Shown here in pieces: positions 26,231 through 40,161 of a DNA stretch of 64,000 nucleotides. Both the position numbers and the translations under genes were made by a program. The stretch comes from Octopus vulgaris (taxonomy: Eukaryota). Each line of letters opens with the position of its first letter. The first letter of the stretch is position 1. The notes below the pieces were generated by a model. That model was not told the DNA's origin and made no database searches. It was given only the letters and a program-made list of their open reading frames with translations. The stretch is taken from contig OX597827.1 of assembly GCA_951406725.2 (NCBI GenBank), positions 66,650,001-66,714,000 on the forward strand, read 5' to 3'.

Positions 26231-26998
26231 AATCTATCTTTATGTCTGTGTGTGCGTACGTATGTATTACTGTGTCTCCTATCTCATCATCCTAAATTGA
26301 CGTTGATCCTAATATCCTACATCTCAACAATCTATGGATTTTGGACTGATGAAAATCGCAAATCAGCTTGGCGTTATTGTACATTAAAACTTATTATTCG
26401 CTTACTAACATTCAACACAATGGTGATGCTACAAGAAAAAAAAAATACCATCACATGTATAAGGCCTGAAGACACAATATAAAGAGCAGAAAGACAATTA
26501 AATCTGCAAAATACTGTCAATATAGCATTGTCTAAAATGCTTTTACGCAGTCATAAGTTAATCACGATGCCCCCAAATATCTTTAGTAATTGGAGAGTAT
26601 AATAGCCATAACTAAATGGACCACCTGAAATAGGTTATGCGTAACAATGTATTGCAGAAAAAATTCCATTTCATTCGTTACTTCAAAGTATTTATCATAT
26701 CTTATTATTACCTTTAATTACCTTAGGCGTAAATATATTTGATTGTTAACTAATTGACTCCTATATGCTAAAACAATCCCAACACGTTCACAAATTTGTA
26801 GAGATAATACGATGATTACGCACATAATTGGTGTGATGCTAAATAGATGAATAAATCACAGCCTGGAAGGAGTCGAACCCAAAATTTTTTTGCAGGCTAA
26901 TAAACGAAAATGTGTGTGTATGTGCATGTGTATAAATGTAAACATATACTCTAACAGGGACCGCAATTGTCAGAAATATGCCAATCGAAAATTCCCAA

Positions 26999-27041
26999 TT
27001 CTGACGTCAGTTTCGGCACTTTCTTTTGCCTCATAAGTTAG
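26999..27041 (-). ncRNA. Degenerate hammerhead motif
   Basis: CTTATGA-GGCA-aaagaaag-TGCC-GAAAC-tgac-GTC; one core substitution and poor stem I. Confidence 0.4.
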
Positions 27042-27225
27042 GACTGGCTCGAACTTCAGCTGTTTTCGGACTCTCTTCTCTATTAGTATATATATATATA
27101 TGTTTTGCTCATCCGAATTAATGGATGATTCAGCAATTCGCTAATGTGCATAATTAAAATTAATATAAAAAGTACTTTGCAATATTTCACCAAAAAAAAA
27201 AATTAATTGTCACTAAGTGTGACTA

Positions 27226-27447
27226 AGGTTTTAGAAAATTCTACATTACTCGAAATAAGAGTTAAAATGTTCTAATGCTGCAGTCAACGCACATTAATGT
27301 AAACAACGTCAGTAAAAGGAATTCGCGATCGGTATTTTTGGACGACTAACGTCTCTTTTAGTGTGTATGTTTATATTTACGTGCATTGACTACAGTATTA
27401 GAGCATTTTAGCTCTTATTTCTAGCAATGTAGATGTTTGTAACACCC
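27226..27447. mobile_element. MITE-like element with ~80-bp imperfect terminal inverted repeats, TA-flanked
   Basis: Arm 27226-27304 pairs with 27368-27447; TA at 27224-27225 and 27448-27449. Confidence 0.65.
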
Positions 27448-27451
27448 TAAT

Positions 27452-27484
<33 letters not shown>

Positions 27485-27488
<4 letters not shown>

Positions 27489-27633
27489 AAATCATCAGGA
27501 AGCTTCCTGTTGATTTCTTTTGAATGAAACAGTTCTAGTCCTGTAGAAGCTCCTTCTATAAAATAAATTAATTTACTCTGCTATGTATTGAGTACCTTAT
27601 TTACTGTGGTTAACCCCGACTCAACCCGGGACC

Positions 27634-27638
<5 letters not shown>
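27485..27638 (+). mobile_element. PLE pLTR remnant beginning with a 36-bp fold-back through a hammerhead core
   Basis: aaagaaatcatcaggaag|cttcctgttgatttcttt, then gaatGAAACagttcta; flanked by (TA)n. Confidence 0.55.
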
Positions 27639-27690
<52 letters not shown>

Positions 27691-27770
27691 ATATCAATAA
27701 TATAGTGATTGTTTCTTATCAGGAACAAAATATTTAATAGGACTGCTATAGAAGTGCTCAATTGAGACAA

Positions 27771-28589
27771 ATATATTAAACAATGGTTGCAGAACAAACA
27801 AATACAAGCTCATCCACGTAACATTTCATATCTCGAACATTTAGTCACATAATGCTTTTTCTTTCACATAGAATATACATGTATAACATCACGGAAGATG
27901 AAACATAACTCATCGGTACAAGCATATAAGAAAATGCGAGAAAAATACGTGAATACAGTTCATCACGGTTAAAAGTTAATACTTTAGCGATTAAGAAATA
28001 TATATTTTTTTTTAAACTCTACAAAACCTAGAATAATAAATACGTAAAACTATAAAGTAATATATAAATATATAGATGTATAAAAATATATAAAAATACA
28101 TATATATAGGAAGCATATAAATAAGTAATATATAATATATAAGGTACGATAATAGTTCATCGTTTAGAAAATTTTTTTCATTAAAAATTACTTTTCAGAT
28201 AAAGGAAACATATAGTTAAAAGCCAGTGTCCAAGCAAAAAAGAAGAAACCATATTTACATTCCCTATGGCCATTTCAGGGGTACATTACTGTATTTAATG
28301 CACGAGGGTGCATCACAATAATAACTCCTTCGTCAGGGGAAAAAATAGAGAGACAGACATCACGTACCAGGGCGAGACCTCCTTAACCACACCTAACACA
28401 ATATTGTGTGGTTTCTTATTTAAGAAGTCGTGTTTAGACTTAGACCAGCCCAAATGAAAGAATTAAAGCAGTAAATTCTATGTATATTCTATGTGACAGA
28501 AAAAGCATTATGTGATTAAATGTTCGAGATATGAAATGTTACGTGGAAGACCTTGCATTTGTTTGTTCTGCAACCACAGTTTAATATAT
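27771..28589. mobile_element. Element bounded by 110-bp inverted repeats (27771-27880 / 28480-28589)
   Basis: Arms pair by eye with scattered mismatches; the spacer contains an intact hammerhead. Confidence 0.7.
28260..28341 (-). ncRNA. Type I hammerhead ribozyme with extended stem II
   Basis: TTCCC-CTGACGA-AGGAG..ATTATTGT-GATGCAC-cctc-GTGCATT..ACAGTAAT..CCCCT-GAA-ATGGCCAT-A^GGGAA. Confidence 0.85.
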
Positions 28590-28760
28590 ATGAAAATATG
28601 AATATTATTAAAATATTATTATTATCCAGCAATAATTGAGCACCATACAGGTAGAATTATGAATATACAAAGCAGGAGTATACGAAGTACGACAATTGCT
28701 AGAAATAGCAGCTGGTAATATTCCGCCGCCATGTAGAACTTCACCAAAACAAGTAAAAGA

Positions 28761-28869
<109 letters not shown>

Positions 28870-29382
28870 CATGCATATTTGTGTGTGTGGGTGTGTTATT
28901 AGACGGTGATGTGGGAGAGATCTGGAGAGAAATGAAAACCGATATTTAGCTTATTCAATTCGAAAAGCAGTTAGTAAATGTCCCGTACGCGATACTTACA
29001 TCCACTATCAGTCAAGGAAATCAGATTTCTACAGAGGTCAAACTCCTTGATTCTATCGTAATTCAACATATAGATAGAAATCATATTAACTCATTGAGAT
29101 TTCAATATTTGATTGTGTACAGCAATTTTATCTATAATGCCATCGCATATATAGCGTGGTGTTATAATCATTATTATTATTCATATCTAATTATTGCTTG
29201 ATCAGATTATGTTTTCTGTAGATATTTATATAATAGTCTATTTCTTGCATTTATGCATCGTAAAGTATATGCTACCATCGATGTATTCGTATGCTTGCAT
29301 ACGAGTGTGTACACCGGAATATATGCAGTTATATATATACACACATACACAAATATTTCGGGATGGTGATTTTGGGGTTTTC

Positions 29383-29550
29383 ACAAACACCCACTGTATA
29401 TTCATTCTTCACTCGGTTATTACTTTTCTAATTTTTACTCGTATCCATTGGCCAGAAACCTTTCGTGAAACACCTGTGACCTCTTCAGCGCCACTCTCCT
29501 TCCACGTGTACGATTCTTCGAGTGAACAACGAATATACAGTGTGTCTGTT
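29383..29550. repeat. ~31-bp inverted repeats around a degenerate hammerhead-like core (minus)
   Basis: aaacacccactgtatattcattcttcactcg / cgagtgaacaacgaatatacagtgtgtctgttt; CTGAAGA...GAAA on the minus strand at about 29460-29489. Confidence 0.5.
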
Positions 29551-29631
29551 TACATATATATATATATTTATTTATATATATATATACACACACACACATA
29601 TATATATACATGTATATATATATATATTTAA

Positions 29632-29662
<31 letters not shown>

Positions 29663-29676
29663 TATATATATATACA

Positions 29677-29785
<109 letters not shown>

Positions 29786-30004
29786 TATATATATATAAAC
29801 ACACACATACCTAAGTATTTATATGTGTGTGTGTTTGTTTGTGTGTGTGTATACAGATGTGTGACGAAATATTTCCGGACAATGGACGTGAGATAAAAAA
29901 TAAATAGTAAGAAATGGGTAAAAAATGTATATATATAATGCGTGTGTTTATTTGCCCACCTCCACCCACGAAAAGAAGACACAAAATTTTATATTCCGAA
30001 ATAT

Positions 30005-30046
<42 letters not shown>

Positions 30047-30084
30047 GGGTGTATGTGTGTGTGTGTGTATACACATATGCAACA

Positions 30085-30230
30085 AGTTCCCTTCAGTTTC
30101 CCTCTAACAAGTCTTCTGTTCGGCCCGGGGATATTTTTGTTCGAGACACTTGTCTGAGCTTCCACACAAGTGGTCCGAACCTGGAAACATGCGGTTGGTA
30201 AACAGTCTTTTTGACTCACAGCCATGCCAT
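30085..30230 (-). mobile_element. Degenerate 5' part of the microsatellite-containing CORE-like SINE
   Basis: ttcagtttcc ... cggcccggg ... gacacttgtc ... cacagccatgcc matches the family head. Confidence 0.55.
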
Positions 30231-31011
30231 CAGCCAGTGGCGCGACCTTGCCTGCGAGAGAATATTTAATTTATGACGGCCCGGTGGTGGTTTAAATTAT
30301 AATTCTCTCTTCTTGGCACAGTACCATAACATCTTACCACGGTTCGCTCCCTCACTCGTAATTAATTCATCGGGACACAAATGTAATAAAACAATAGAAT
30401 CACAGCAGAGCTAAGCAAACAAAACGTATTTCACACCGATCATCTAAAATGTCTACAAAACAATCAGTTTACTTATCGTTAATATTGAGTGTATTATCAA
30501 GAGAATAACAACAAGCAGGCGTCTCAACACGCCTTTGTAATGGAATCTACTTAGGCTGATTCACGGGCGGTACATAAATACAGGAAAATGAGATCTGCTT
30601 TAATTTGTCGTTATGTGTGGACTTATCTAACTCACGGCCAGAACCTTTCGCAGATACGTGTTATACATTTGTATGGTTTAATTTCAAGTCTTGGCGAATA
30701 TTTATATTCTCACCGTATTTTATAATTAGAGTAGAATGAGCTTCTAAACGAGAAATATGGCATCAACAGGAAGTGAACTTTGGCAGGCGATCAAGTACAT
30801 TCGTTTATCTCTTTTTTTTCTCTTTTCTATTCAATGTGATTATTTATCCGCCATTATTCTATTAGATTTCATCCACTGCCCATACTTCTGTCTAACTCTC
30901 TTGGACTTTTCCTTGACTTCCCTTAATTTCGTGAATAAAATTAGCCCTCAACACAACTTTTCAATTCGCAACGTAAGTAGCGTACAAAAGCCGTTGCTGA
31001 ATATATATTTA

Positions 31012-31046
<35 letters not shown>

Positions 31047-31070
31047 ATGTATGTATGTATGTATGTATGT

Positions 31071-31450
31071 ATATATAATAAAATCCGTTCTGTCTGTCTG
31101 TGTGTGTGTGTCTTCTCGGATCTCGGGCATCCTCCATCCGATAGCGCTCAAATTTGATATGTAGATACCGAAGACATCAGAGCGTGTATAAGCCTACAAA
31201 ATATTACAAAAGTCGATTCCAGGTGAGAATGCCACCGATAAACCCGTGGGAACGTGCATTTGTAATATCGTTTTTCTTGGAATAGAATAAAGTCTATCTT
31301 TATTTCTTCTTTTGCAGGTGTCTCAAATTTAGGTTAAATCAGGGTTTCTCAAAGGGAAGGCCGATGGGACGGTCGGACAAGTTGTTTTGAGGAAATTTCG
31401 TTTGGATGTTTGACACTTCAGCACTGTCCATTGGACGGGGGGGGGGTGCT
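31071..31450 (+). mobile_element. Helitron-like 5' terminal segment
   Basis: tatataataaaatccgttctgtctgtctgtgtg ... catccgatagcgctcaaatttgatatgtagat resembles invertebrate Helitron 5' ends (T[C]TATA-AT-rich start, internal microsatellite, ccgat..aaatttg motif); the terminal TC is obscured by the microsatellite. Confidence 0.55.
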
Positions 31451-31458
31451 CGTATATA

Positions 31459-31493
<35 letters not shown>

Positions 31494-32189
31494 TACTTAC
31501 TTAACAATGTAAGGTGCCGTTAGACCCTGTTGCATGGTTTCTACAGAATTCCAGTCTTATTCCTTAATTGCTAAATTATTAAATAAACGGCACGCTAAAG
31601 AATATACAGAATTGTACGATGATGCCTTACAATAAAAGACATTGATGCGATATTTGTAACGTTGAGACCCACATGTCACGAATTAATGTATATTTTCTTG
31701 CGCGCATATCGTTTTAATTTCAAGCGTCCGATAGACTCCGGCACTTCTATAAATTAATAATTTTCATGTACCCAGCTCATCAACGAGAGAGAACTTTAGC
31801 CAGAATGCTGAGATTTATGCATATTTGTATACCGATTCCACACGAGCATCACTTATTCGATAAGCAACGCTGTTACGATTCCTCGTCCTAGAGATCAAAT
31901 TCCTTCCATATCAGACTCAAATTTTAAAAATTATGAAGGGTACATTTGACGCGCTTGTCATAGAATATGCATTCATCTTTCGAGAATGCTTCCTTATATG
32001 CATTGTATCGAACAGAAAATGACCCACGACAATAATATTTTGTTCAGATAATGATGCACATTAGAGCAGAAATTTTGAGCAGTGTCGGCACTTAGCAGTC
32101 ATCTACTTCGGGTCATCCAAACGGATGGGAAATACAGTCGACTTCAGAGGATTCTTAAATTAGAACTTAAAAATGCTTGAAGTAATACC

Positions 32190-32423
32190 TATTTCTTTAC
32201 TACCCACAAGGGGCTAAACACAGAGGGGACAAACAAGGACAGAAAAAGGGATTAAGTCGATTATATCGACCCCAGTGCGTAACTGATACTAATTTAATCG
32301 ACCCCGAAAGGATGAAAGGCAAAGTCGACCTCGGCGGAATTTGAACTCAGAACGTAACGGCAGACGAAATACTGCTAAGCATTTCGCCCGGCGTGCTAAC
32401 GTTTCTGCCAGCTCGCCGCCTTT
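32190..32423 (-). mobile_element. Young full-length Meta-domain-like SINE B inserted into an old diverged family member (about 32085-32480)
   Basis: 10-bp TSD aagtaatacc at 32180-32189 and 32424-32433; flanks rejoin into a degenerate SINE body and head. Confidence 0.92.
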
Positions 32424-32757
32424 AAGTAATACCGCAAATCATTTTAACCGACACGTTAATAATTCTGTCACATCACCACCTTTGAGTGTGTAAGTATTAA
32501 AATAAACTTTTCTAGAAACGTTCAAATAAAACAATAAAGGAAAATAACATGCCTATGTTTTCCTCCCATATTGAATGTGTGAGAAATAATGTTCGTCATT
32601 AGTGCTATTGAATATAGTTTCCAGTCATTCTTAATGTACGCTCAATGACACACGTATCAAATATGGTATCACACCATTAACTTTTACTGAGTCAGGCTAA
32701 TACATATCTATAACTAATTAACCAGTCTGGTCCTCATAGTTCATACAGTTATAATAA

Positions 32758-33062
32758 TCCTTTCTACTGGAGGAGGTACTATACTTTCTACGTCGGCTCT
32801 GGTGTTTCACTGGTACTTAATTTATAGTCCTTGAAAGGATGAAAAGCAAATTCGACCTCGATGGAATTTGAACTTAGAACGTTGAGGCGGACAAAATACC
32901 TGTTTCTTTACTACTCACAAAGGGGACAAACAAGGACGAACAAACGGATTAAATCGATTACGTCGACTCCAGTGCGTAACTGGTACTTAATTTATCGACC
33001 CCGAATGGATGAAAGTTAGCATTTCGCCCGGCGTGCTAACATTTCTGCCAGCTCGCCGCCTT
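32758..33062 (-). mobile_element. Nested pair of Meta-domain-like SINEs with internal deletion
   Basis: Junction aaaatac|ctgtttc at 32899/32900. Confidence 0.8.
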
Positions 33063-33839
33063 TCATACAATTATAATAATGAGTCTAACATGACATTCCT
33101 GCCTTCTGTGTCAAGCTTTAGAGTGGCTCACATATGTTTTGCCGCATTTCTCAGCTCTTCCCGCCTCAATTTCAAACCCAAAGAAATCACTGATAGATGA
33201 ATTAAACAACCAATCGCGCAATGAGCGACGTTAAAGTTTCTTTCGTTTAATCATTGTTCTTCTCTTTCTATATAATTTTTCTTTCTTTCTTTCTGTAACT
33301 ATATCGGAATCAGTTGATCTCTGATTGGTTATTGTCACAGAAACAATGTGCATGATGATTGGGTTCCAAACACATTATAAGAAAAAAAAGTTAAGCTGGA
33401 GGCTAAAAACGTATTCTTCGCAAAAAACAATTTACTCGGTGCAAAAACTGTTCAAAGAAATCACCGGAATATATTATTATTTCAAAGATAGCGTAGCTGA
33501 AATGAGGTCTCCATGTTTAAAACAGGACAAAATGTATTACCGACTATTTGCACTTGAAACGACTACACATATTCTCACTCTCTCACTCACTCTCATTGTC
33601 TAACTCATTACAAATATTCGACATAATACTTCAGTCAAATTCTTTTTCACATAGAAGGAAATTCGAAAACAGCGTTATTTTTTTTTCTTTAAAAACGCAT
33701 CATGCCGCCAGTATCGTCAGCATCTAGTTATCATATCCTTTTAGCTGATTCGTGTCACTTGGGAAGACAAAAAAGTTTAACTCACCCATTTCCGAGCCAA
33801 TGCTTTAATGCAGTCACTCAAGAATATTTCGAAAGTAGG

Positions 33840-34258
33840 AGTTAAATACAAAATAAATTGTAGTATAAAACGAAATGGAGAAAGACTGAAAAATAGGAAT
33901 GAAATTAAAGAAAGTTCATAATGCAAGAGGCGAATGTAGAAAAATCTGACATATTGATGTAAGACGATGCAAAACTAGTTGAACATGTCAAGTTAAAAGA
34001 AAAGAAACATAAAAATCAAATATCGATTAACATATGTAAGGAAATGTAAAATTAACCAGACATTTTTATCTAGATCTGTTTTACAGCTAAAAGACAATTA
34101 TAGTGAATGGGAATAGCATGCAAAAAATGTGAGCGGTTGAAAGAGAAACAGACAGTGATTTTGATATGAACAATGGAGAATAGAATTTGAATATGTACGA
34201 TTTATCACGTGATAGAGAAGACTTTGAAAAAATATTATTTAAATTAAATCTCCATCTG
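33840..34258 (+). pseudogene. Possible decayed two-exon, K/E-rich coding remnant
   Basis: Donor gtaagg at 34036, acceptor ttttacag at 34086, donor gtaagc at 34258; frames contain stops. Confidence 0.25.
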
Positions 34259-34740
34259 TAAGCGTGTATATGCGTGTGGTTTAAATAAAAAGAATTACAT
34301 TTGTAAAACACAAGTTAGTATAGAAGATATATTAAACTATATAATTGAAAAGTTCCCTGACCGCTCGGTCACCAGTTTTCATGTTTAGGATGAGGGCTTG
34401 TGTGGAGGTATTTCTAGATAATATATGAATGAAACATGATTAAATGTAATATTGCATTCTATCGAAATGGTCTATGAAAAAATAATTCTACGTTCCAAAC
34501 AGAGGTTGGAAGGAAATCACAGTTACTTCCCAAACAGTTATAACCGAAATTGAAGTGTACCCGAGTATCTGTCTGACTGCATGAGAGAATGTTTTAGCCG
34601 TAACAGAAAAGAAGAGGGTGCATATGCGTTAATAATATTGCGTTAGTGAATTATCATTTGCTATCGACATGAGCGATTTCCAGACAGTGTCCGTGGCACG
34701 ACTGTTTAGCGGCAGTAATATGTCAGGGAAAAATTTCGAA

Positions 34741-35026
34741 CACCGGACGAAATGCTTAGCGGTATTTCGTCTGCCAATACGTTTTGAGTTCAAATTCCGC
34801 CGAGGTCGACTTTGCCTTTCATCATTTCGGGGTCGATAAGTACCAGTTACGCACTGGGGTCGAGTAATCGACTTAATCCGTTTGTCTGTCCCTGTTTGTC
34901 CTCTCTGTGTTTAGCCTCTTATGGGTAGTAAAGAAATAGGTATTTCGTCTGCCAATACGTTCTGAGTTTAAATTCCGCCGAGGTCGAGTTTGCCTTTCAT
35001 CCTTACGGGATCGATTAAATAAGTAA
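34741..35026 (+). mobile_element. Nested pair of Meta-domain-like SINEs
   Basis: 23-bp duplication ggtatttcgtctgccaatacgtt at 34761-34783 and 34939-34961. Confidence 0.85.
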
Positions 35027-35035
35027 TTTAATCGA

Positions 35036-35176
35036 TTTTTGCCAGCTGAGGGGACTGGAGCAACGTGAAATGAAATGTTTTGCTCAAGAACACAACGCAT
35101 CGCCCGGTCCAGGAATCAAAACTACAATCTTACGAATATGAATCCAGCAGCCTATCCACTAAGCCACGCGCCTCCA
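35036..35176 (-). mobile_element. 5' half of the CORE/V-like tRNA SINE (family of 5482-5742)
   Basis: gccagctgaggggactggagcaacgtgaaatgaa ... ccactaagccacgcgcctcc. Confidence 0.85.
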
Positions 35177-35232
35177 ATAAAAACATCGAAAAATAACTTA
35201 AGAACGAGAACCTAGGCACGAAATTTCCCAAA

Positions 35233-35278
35233 GACACCTGATGATGGCTGGAAGGTCTATCAGCCGAAATGTTGTGTT
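35233..35278 (+). ncRNA. Minimal type I hammerhead ribozyme within a short repeat (35180-35341)
   Basis: GACAC-CTGATGA-t-GGCTG-gaaggtctat-CAGCC-GAAAT-GTT^GTGTT; followed by an (aatgtaaat)n tail. Confidence 0.75.
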
Positions 35279-35409
35279 AACAGCAATCAAGATGAGGACA
35301 AATATCCGACAAATGTAGATAATGTAAATAATGTAAATAATCTAATATAATCTGTTTGTTTGTTTGTTTTAACATCGTCTTCGTATTTTTGTTTTTATTT
35401 TTGTGTATA

Positions 35410-35444
<35 letters not shown>

Positions 35445-36570
35445 ATGAGAGAGAGAGAGAGAGAATACGTGTTGTGTGTGTGTAGCGACACGTTTATACA
35501 TATGCATGCATACCCATGCACACACACACAGATCCCAGAATAAATATATTCTGAGTATTATCGCCCTACATCGCTATTACCTATAATCCTATATTTTCCC
35601 CTTGTTTACTGTACTACATTATCGCTAACTCTGTTTATTACATCTGTAATTTCATTGTCCTCCTCCTCCTCCTGCTCCTCACTCGCATTTCCTCGTGTAT
35701 TTCTTATACCGCCCCCACAAAATCTCCACCAATATCACCTCGAGAGTATTTGTTCCGTTTGCCTTCCTTCATACCTAACCCTCTCTCATTCCATTTTTGT
35801 GACTTTATCTGCTATTTTAGAAGAACTGTATTTATAGCGCCAAACAGAAGAAAATTATATGCTTGATTTTTATCAATATATATGGCAAACATCATTTGTG
35901 TTGCAACGTTTATTTTTGCATTGTGAAATAAAACAAATGTAAGCTTACAGCCAGATGATGATCTACATCTAAATATACATATATGTAATTAAGAAACATT
36001 ATTCAGATTATTGAAGTAATGTGTATCTACTTTTGTACTGAAGATCAAGAAAATATATTTATATACATTTCAAAATGAAGACGATTTGTAACTTCAATAA
36101 CTCTGTAATGTTTGTCTTGTTTCTTTGTAGTAGTTTATCGCAGAACGTATTTGTATTTGATGGTATTTGATGTTGAAGATCTATGATTAAATATGTTTTA
36201 GTGATAACCATTGAATGCTTCAGTGTTGCTTTATAAAATTTGGTCTGCGTTAAACTATTATCTCGGGCATACGGCTATTTTGTAACTCGATAATGTGTCG
36301 TTTGTCAAATTTTGTCTGGTAAGTCTGGTGATATTAATGGTTGTTTGTTGGAATAACCTTAAGAATTGTTAGACTGAAACTATACCTAATCGGCAATAAG
36401 CCTACTCACAAAATAAAAGCAAAACTAAACTGTTTTGCTGTATTTTGCGTAGTATATACTTGCAGTGTTATGTATTAGATTTCCTAACGTGTCCTAACGT
36501 GTCCTGTATTTAACCATTGTATGGTTGTGAAATTTCAAGTAATTATGACAGCGATATTTGGAGGACACAG

Positions 36571-36619
<49 letters not shown>

Positions 36620-36679
36620 CATACATATATATATATATGTATGTACACACACACACACACAAACACACATACACACACA

Positions 36680-36758
<79 letters not shown>

Positions 36759-37273
36759 TTAACAGCATAGCTAGTTTATCTTAGGTCTGGGAACCTATAT
36801 TTGTAGGCAATTATTTAATGCCTACGTTTCTTATAGAACTCTAATCAGTCCAATATAGGAATGCCATCTTATATCAATAACCTTTTCTACTAGTATTTCA
36901 CTGGTACTTGTTTCAGATCGGTTTCAGATGGGATTTATTACCTAATATGATTAATATTTTTTACATAATTTTTGCATATCAATGGCAATACCATTGGAAA
37001 CAGAAACAGCTGTTAGATGGGATACATTCTAATTGCATTAAATCAATAAATAATAATTGATGTAAGTCAATTGTTGTTCATCAGTAATTCTCCATTTTCT
37101 CTTTTCATAAAATTTCGATTCTTGATAAACCCAAGTTTATCCTTGTCTTTACCCATAAATGTTGGGCATAATATATTTGTTTACGTATGCTCATGGTTAA
37201 ATATATGTAATGTACCGGTAATGTAATGAACACTTCTATGCCTTAGACGGTTATTTCAACCTTAAACTCAACT

Positions 37274-37319
<46 letters not shown>

Positions 37320-37323
37320 TATA

Positions 37324-37359
<36 letters not shown>

Positions 37360-37516
37360 TGTATGTATGTATGTATGTATGTATGTATGTGTATATATGT
37401 ATATACATATATAAATATGTGTGTGTATGTATGTGTGTATATATATGAAGGGAAAGTTTACGAAAAATAAACAAAAGACGAAGGCAGGTGGAGTACAAAT
37501 GATATGTATATATATA

Positions 37517-37562
<46 letters not shown>

Positions 37563-37679
37563 CATAGATACATATATATTCAGACAGATAGACAGATACA
37601 CATGTATGTGTATGTTTGTATGTGCGTGCGTGTGTATATATATTCGAAACTAGTCTATACGTTTAGGCATAGCAATTAT

Positions 37680-38260
37680 AATTTGGGATAATAATAAACA
37701 CTTCTAGGGGCGATATATATATTGTAATAGAAATAAAACGATTCGATATTATTGAATAAGTCTTTCTCCAAAACACCTAACATGTTATTAGGGTCATACT
37801 CTAGTATTATACTGATTTTTCAATATCTACTGACTGGAATGTTGCAATCCACTCGATTTGTCGCCTGAGATTTAACTGCGAGGTTCTCTCAGTAGCAAGC
37901 ACCATCCTTACGAGGCTTTTATTTCCTCGCTTAAAAACTCGAAATTCATCCCAAAATATTCTTGAAATAAATTAAGTACTTTTGGTAGTAACTACGATAC
38001 TTTATATAAATAAATGCAGCTAGTCACGAATTCGATAATTAGAAGATTCTAAGTACATTCGCTATATGATACTCCGTCAAATTTTAGATCTTATTTACAA
38101 GTGTCTAGAAAGATTTTCCTTCACTGCTAATGCCATTCCCTGAAAATGAATTTTCCGTTTGCTTACTGCTTTTAGATACCTCAATTGCCTACCTTTCTTT
38201 CTTGAACACATCGCTTTGATCAGCTTTCCAGGTATTGATTTATTTTTCTTGATTTAATAG
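37680..38260 (-). pseudogene. Decayed paralog of the unidentified family
   Basis: LTEYHIANVLRI/SNYRIRD, DEFRVFKRGNKSL and NMLGVLEKDLFNKYIES are collinear with ETNDHIVHILHVSNWAISE, ENFRMIRIHNMSF and NILNSMLRDVRKIYPEN at 52392-52970. Confidence 0.5.
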
Positions 38261-38825
38261 AATAGCCTCAGTAAGTAACTTAGTAGTAATATTTAATTTT
38301 CTCTCATTCAGCTGCGCTCAATGGTTTAGCGTGTACGACCGCCATCTTAGATAAATAAAAAGAAAGAAAATCAAACCAAAACGAAGATTGCTCACCGTCT
38401 TCAAAGGTCGCCAGTGTTTACTTGATTGGGTGTAATACACGAAGCTGAAAATTGATGGTAACCATATTGATGTAATAAAATACTAGTAAAAAATAATAGA
38501 AAAAGAAAGCGAAACGATAATATTTCTAAAGTATAATAACGATATGAAACAGAAATACTTGAACGTGATTCTGTATACTATGATTATTATAAAACTTGAA
38601 AAATTGCCAATAAAAATGAGATGTGGACAAGTTTGAGAAAATAACAAAACTGGCATCTCTAAGAAGTGTTAGGATAGTCTGAAAAGGCGTTGAACATCAA
38701 GCATTGCAATACGTTCGTCGAGTTATAACGTAACGCGGTTTAAAAAGGAAACACTTGACGTTCTTCGCCCGAAGGCAGATGTCAATAATCGCAACAACGC
38801 TGCTGCTGTTGCTGCTCCGACAGAT

Positions 38826-38844
38826 ATTATTGCTGCTGCTGCTG

Positions 38845-38910
<66 letters not shown>

Positions 38911-39133
38911 CTACTATTATTATTACTACTACTACTACCACCATTGCAACTACTATTTCTACTACTACCACTACCACAACGTCCAACGCCTCCACCAACA
39001 ACGCGACAACGATGACCACAGCCACCACCACCACTACCACCGCTACAACTACTACTACTACTACCACCACCATTGCTACTACCACTACAACTACTACTAC
39101 TACGACTACTACTACTACTACCACTACTACTAC

Positions 39134-39202
<69 letters not shown>

Positions 39203-39205
39203 TAA
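38826..39205. repeat. Compound trinucleotide microsatellite (GCT)(ACT)(CCT)(ACC)(AAT)
   Basis: Directly visible; source of the poly-V, poly-T and poly-N ORFs. Confidence 0.95.
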
Positions 39206-39319
39206 TGGTAGATGCTGGCAGTGCCTGCAGACGGGCGAAATACAGCTAAGCATTTTCCCGGCGTGCTAACGAGTCTGCCAACATACTGCCTTACGAAGAA
39301 GAAGAACAACAATATTAAT

Positions 39320-39530
39320 AATGTCAAAGTTCAAAGATCTCGAATTTCAACTATTGAAGATGCGCAGCATGGCGGTATACACTATGACAACAATAATTGG
39401 AGTATTAGGTATGTTAAAAAGTAAGACATGAACAAAAAGGTAGAAGCTGATCCTCAATACTTCGCATCAACCCCCAAAAAGGTCAGCTCGGAACAGCCCA
39501 CATTCTACACAAGTCACTATAAATTCAATT
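39320..39530 (+). mobile_element. R4/Dong-clade (RLE) LINE C-terminal remnant
   Basis: SKFKDLEF ... TIIGVLGML ... LGTAHILHKSL* matches the KYKDL..IGALG..LGTAHILR pattern of RLE LINEs. Confidence 0.7.
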
Positions 39531-40100
39531 AAACAAGCAGCAAACACAAAACACTTTATACAGCAATTATCCAAGGAAATAAACTTCCACCAGCAAACAC
39601 AAAATACAGGCTGTAACACAACAATAAAGTGCACCGCACCTGAGGAGAGAAAAGTAGAAACACATCACAATACTGGGAAGAGATTGCGTACTTGCAGCCG
39701 CAGAATAGGACACAGAATGTTGCAAACACTACAGCAATACAGAGATGTAGTAGGTGATGCAGAAGAAATTTGCCTCAGACTAATAAATGTTATTTAGAAT
39801 ATAATGTGCAGCCGGTTACTTCGGCTCAAGAAATTTGCTGGTATTTAGACTTTGATTCGAAAACGAACAATACAATGAAAATATACAGGTACAAGGACTA
39901 ATATCTTAACCATAAAGAAATAAATGTTGCTGACAATAACAATTTAATGATTATATGAATCAAGGAAACGGAACCTCTTAATTAATACTGCCGAATTTGA
40001 CGTTCATTTCAAAACTCAAATTTGCTGAAGGTGACAGCTTCCTCCTTTGTTAAATTAGATATAGATGTCGCTATATATTACCATTGTCAATATACATATC

Positions 40101-40161
<61 letters not shown>

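Noticed and set aside
38723-39327. Poly-V, poly-T and poly-N ORFs resembling mucin or membrane proteins
   Set aside because: Compound trinucleotide microsatellite.
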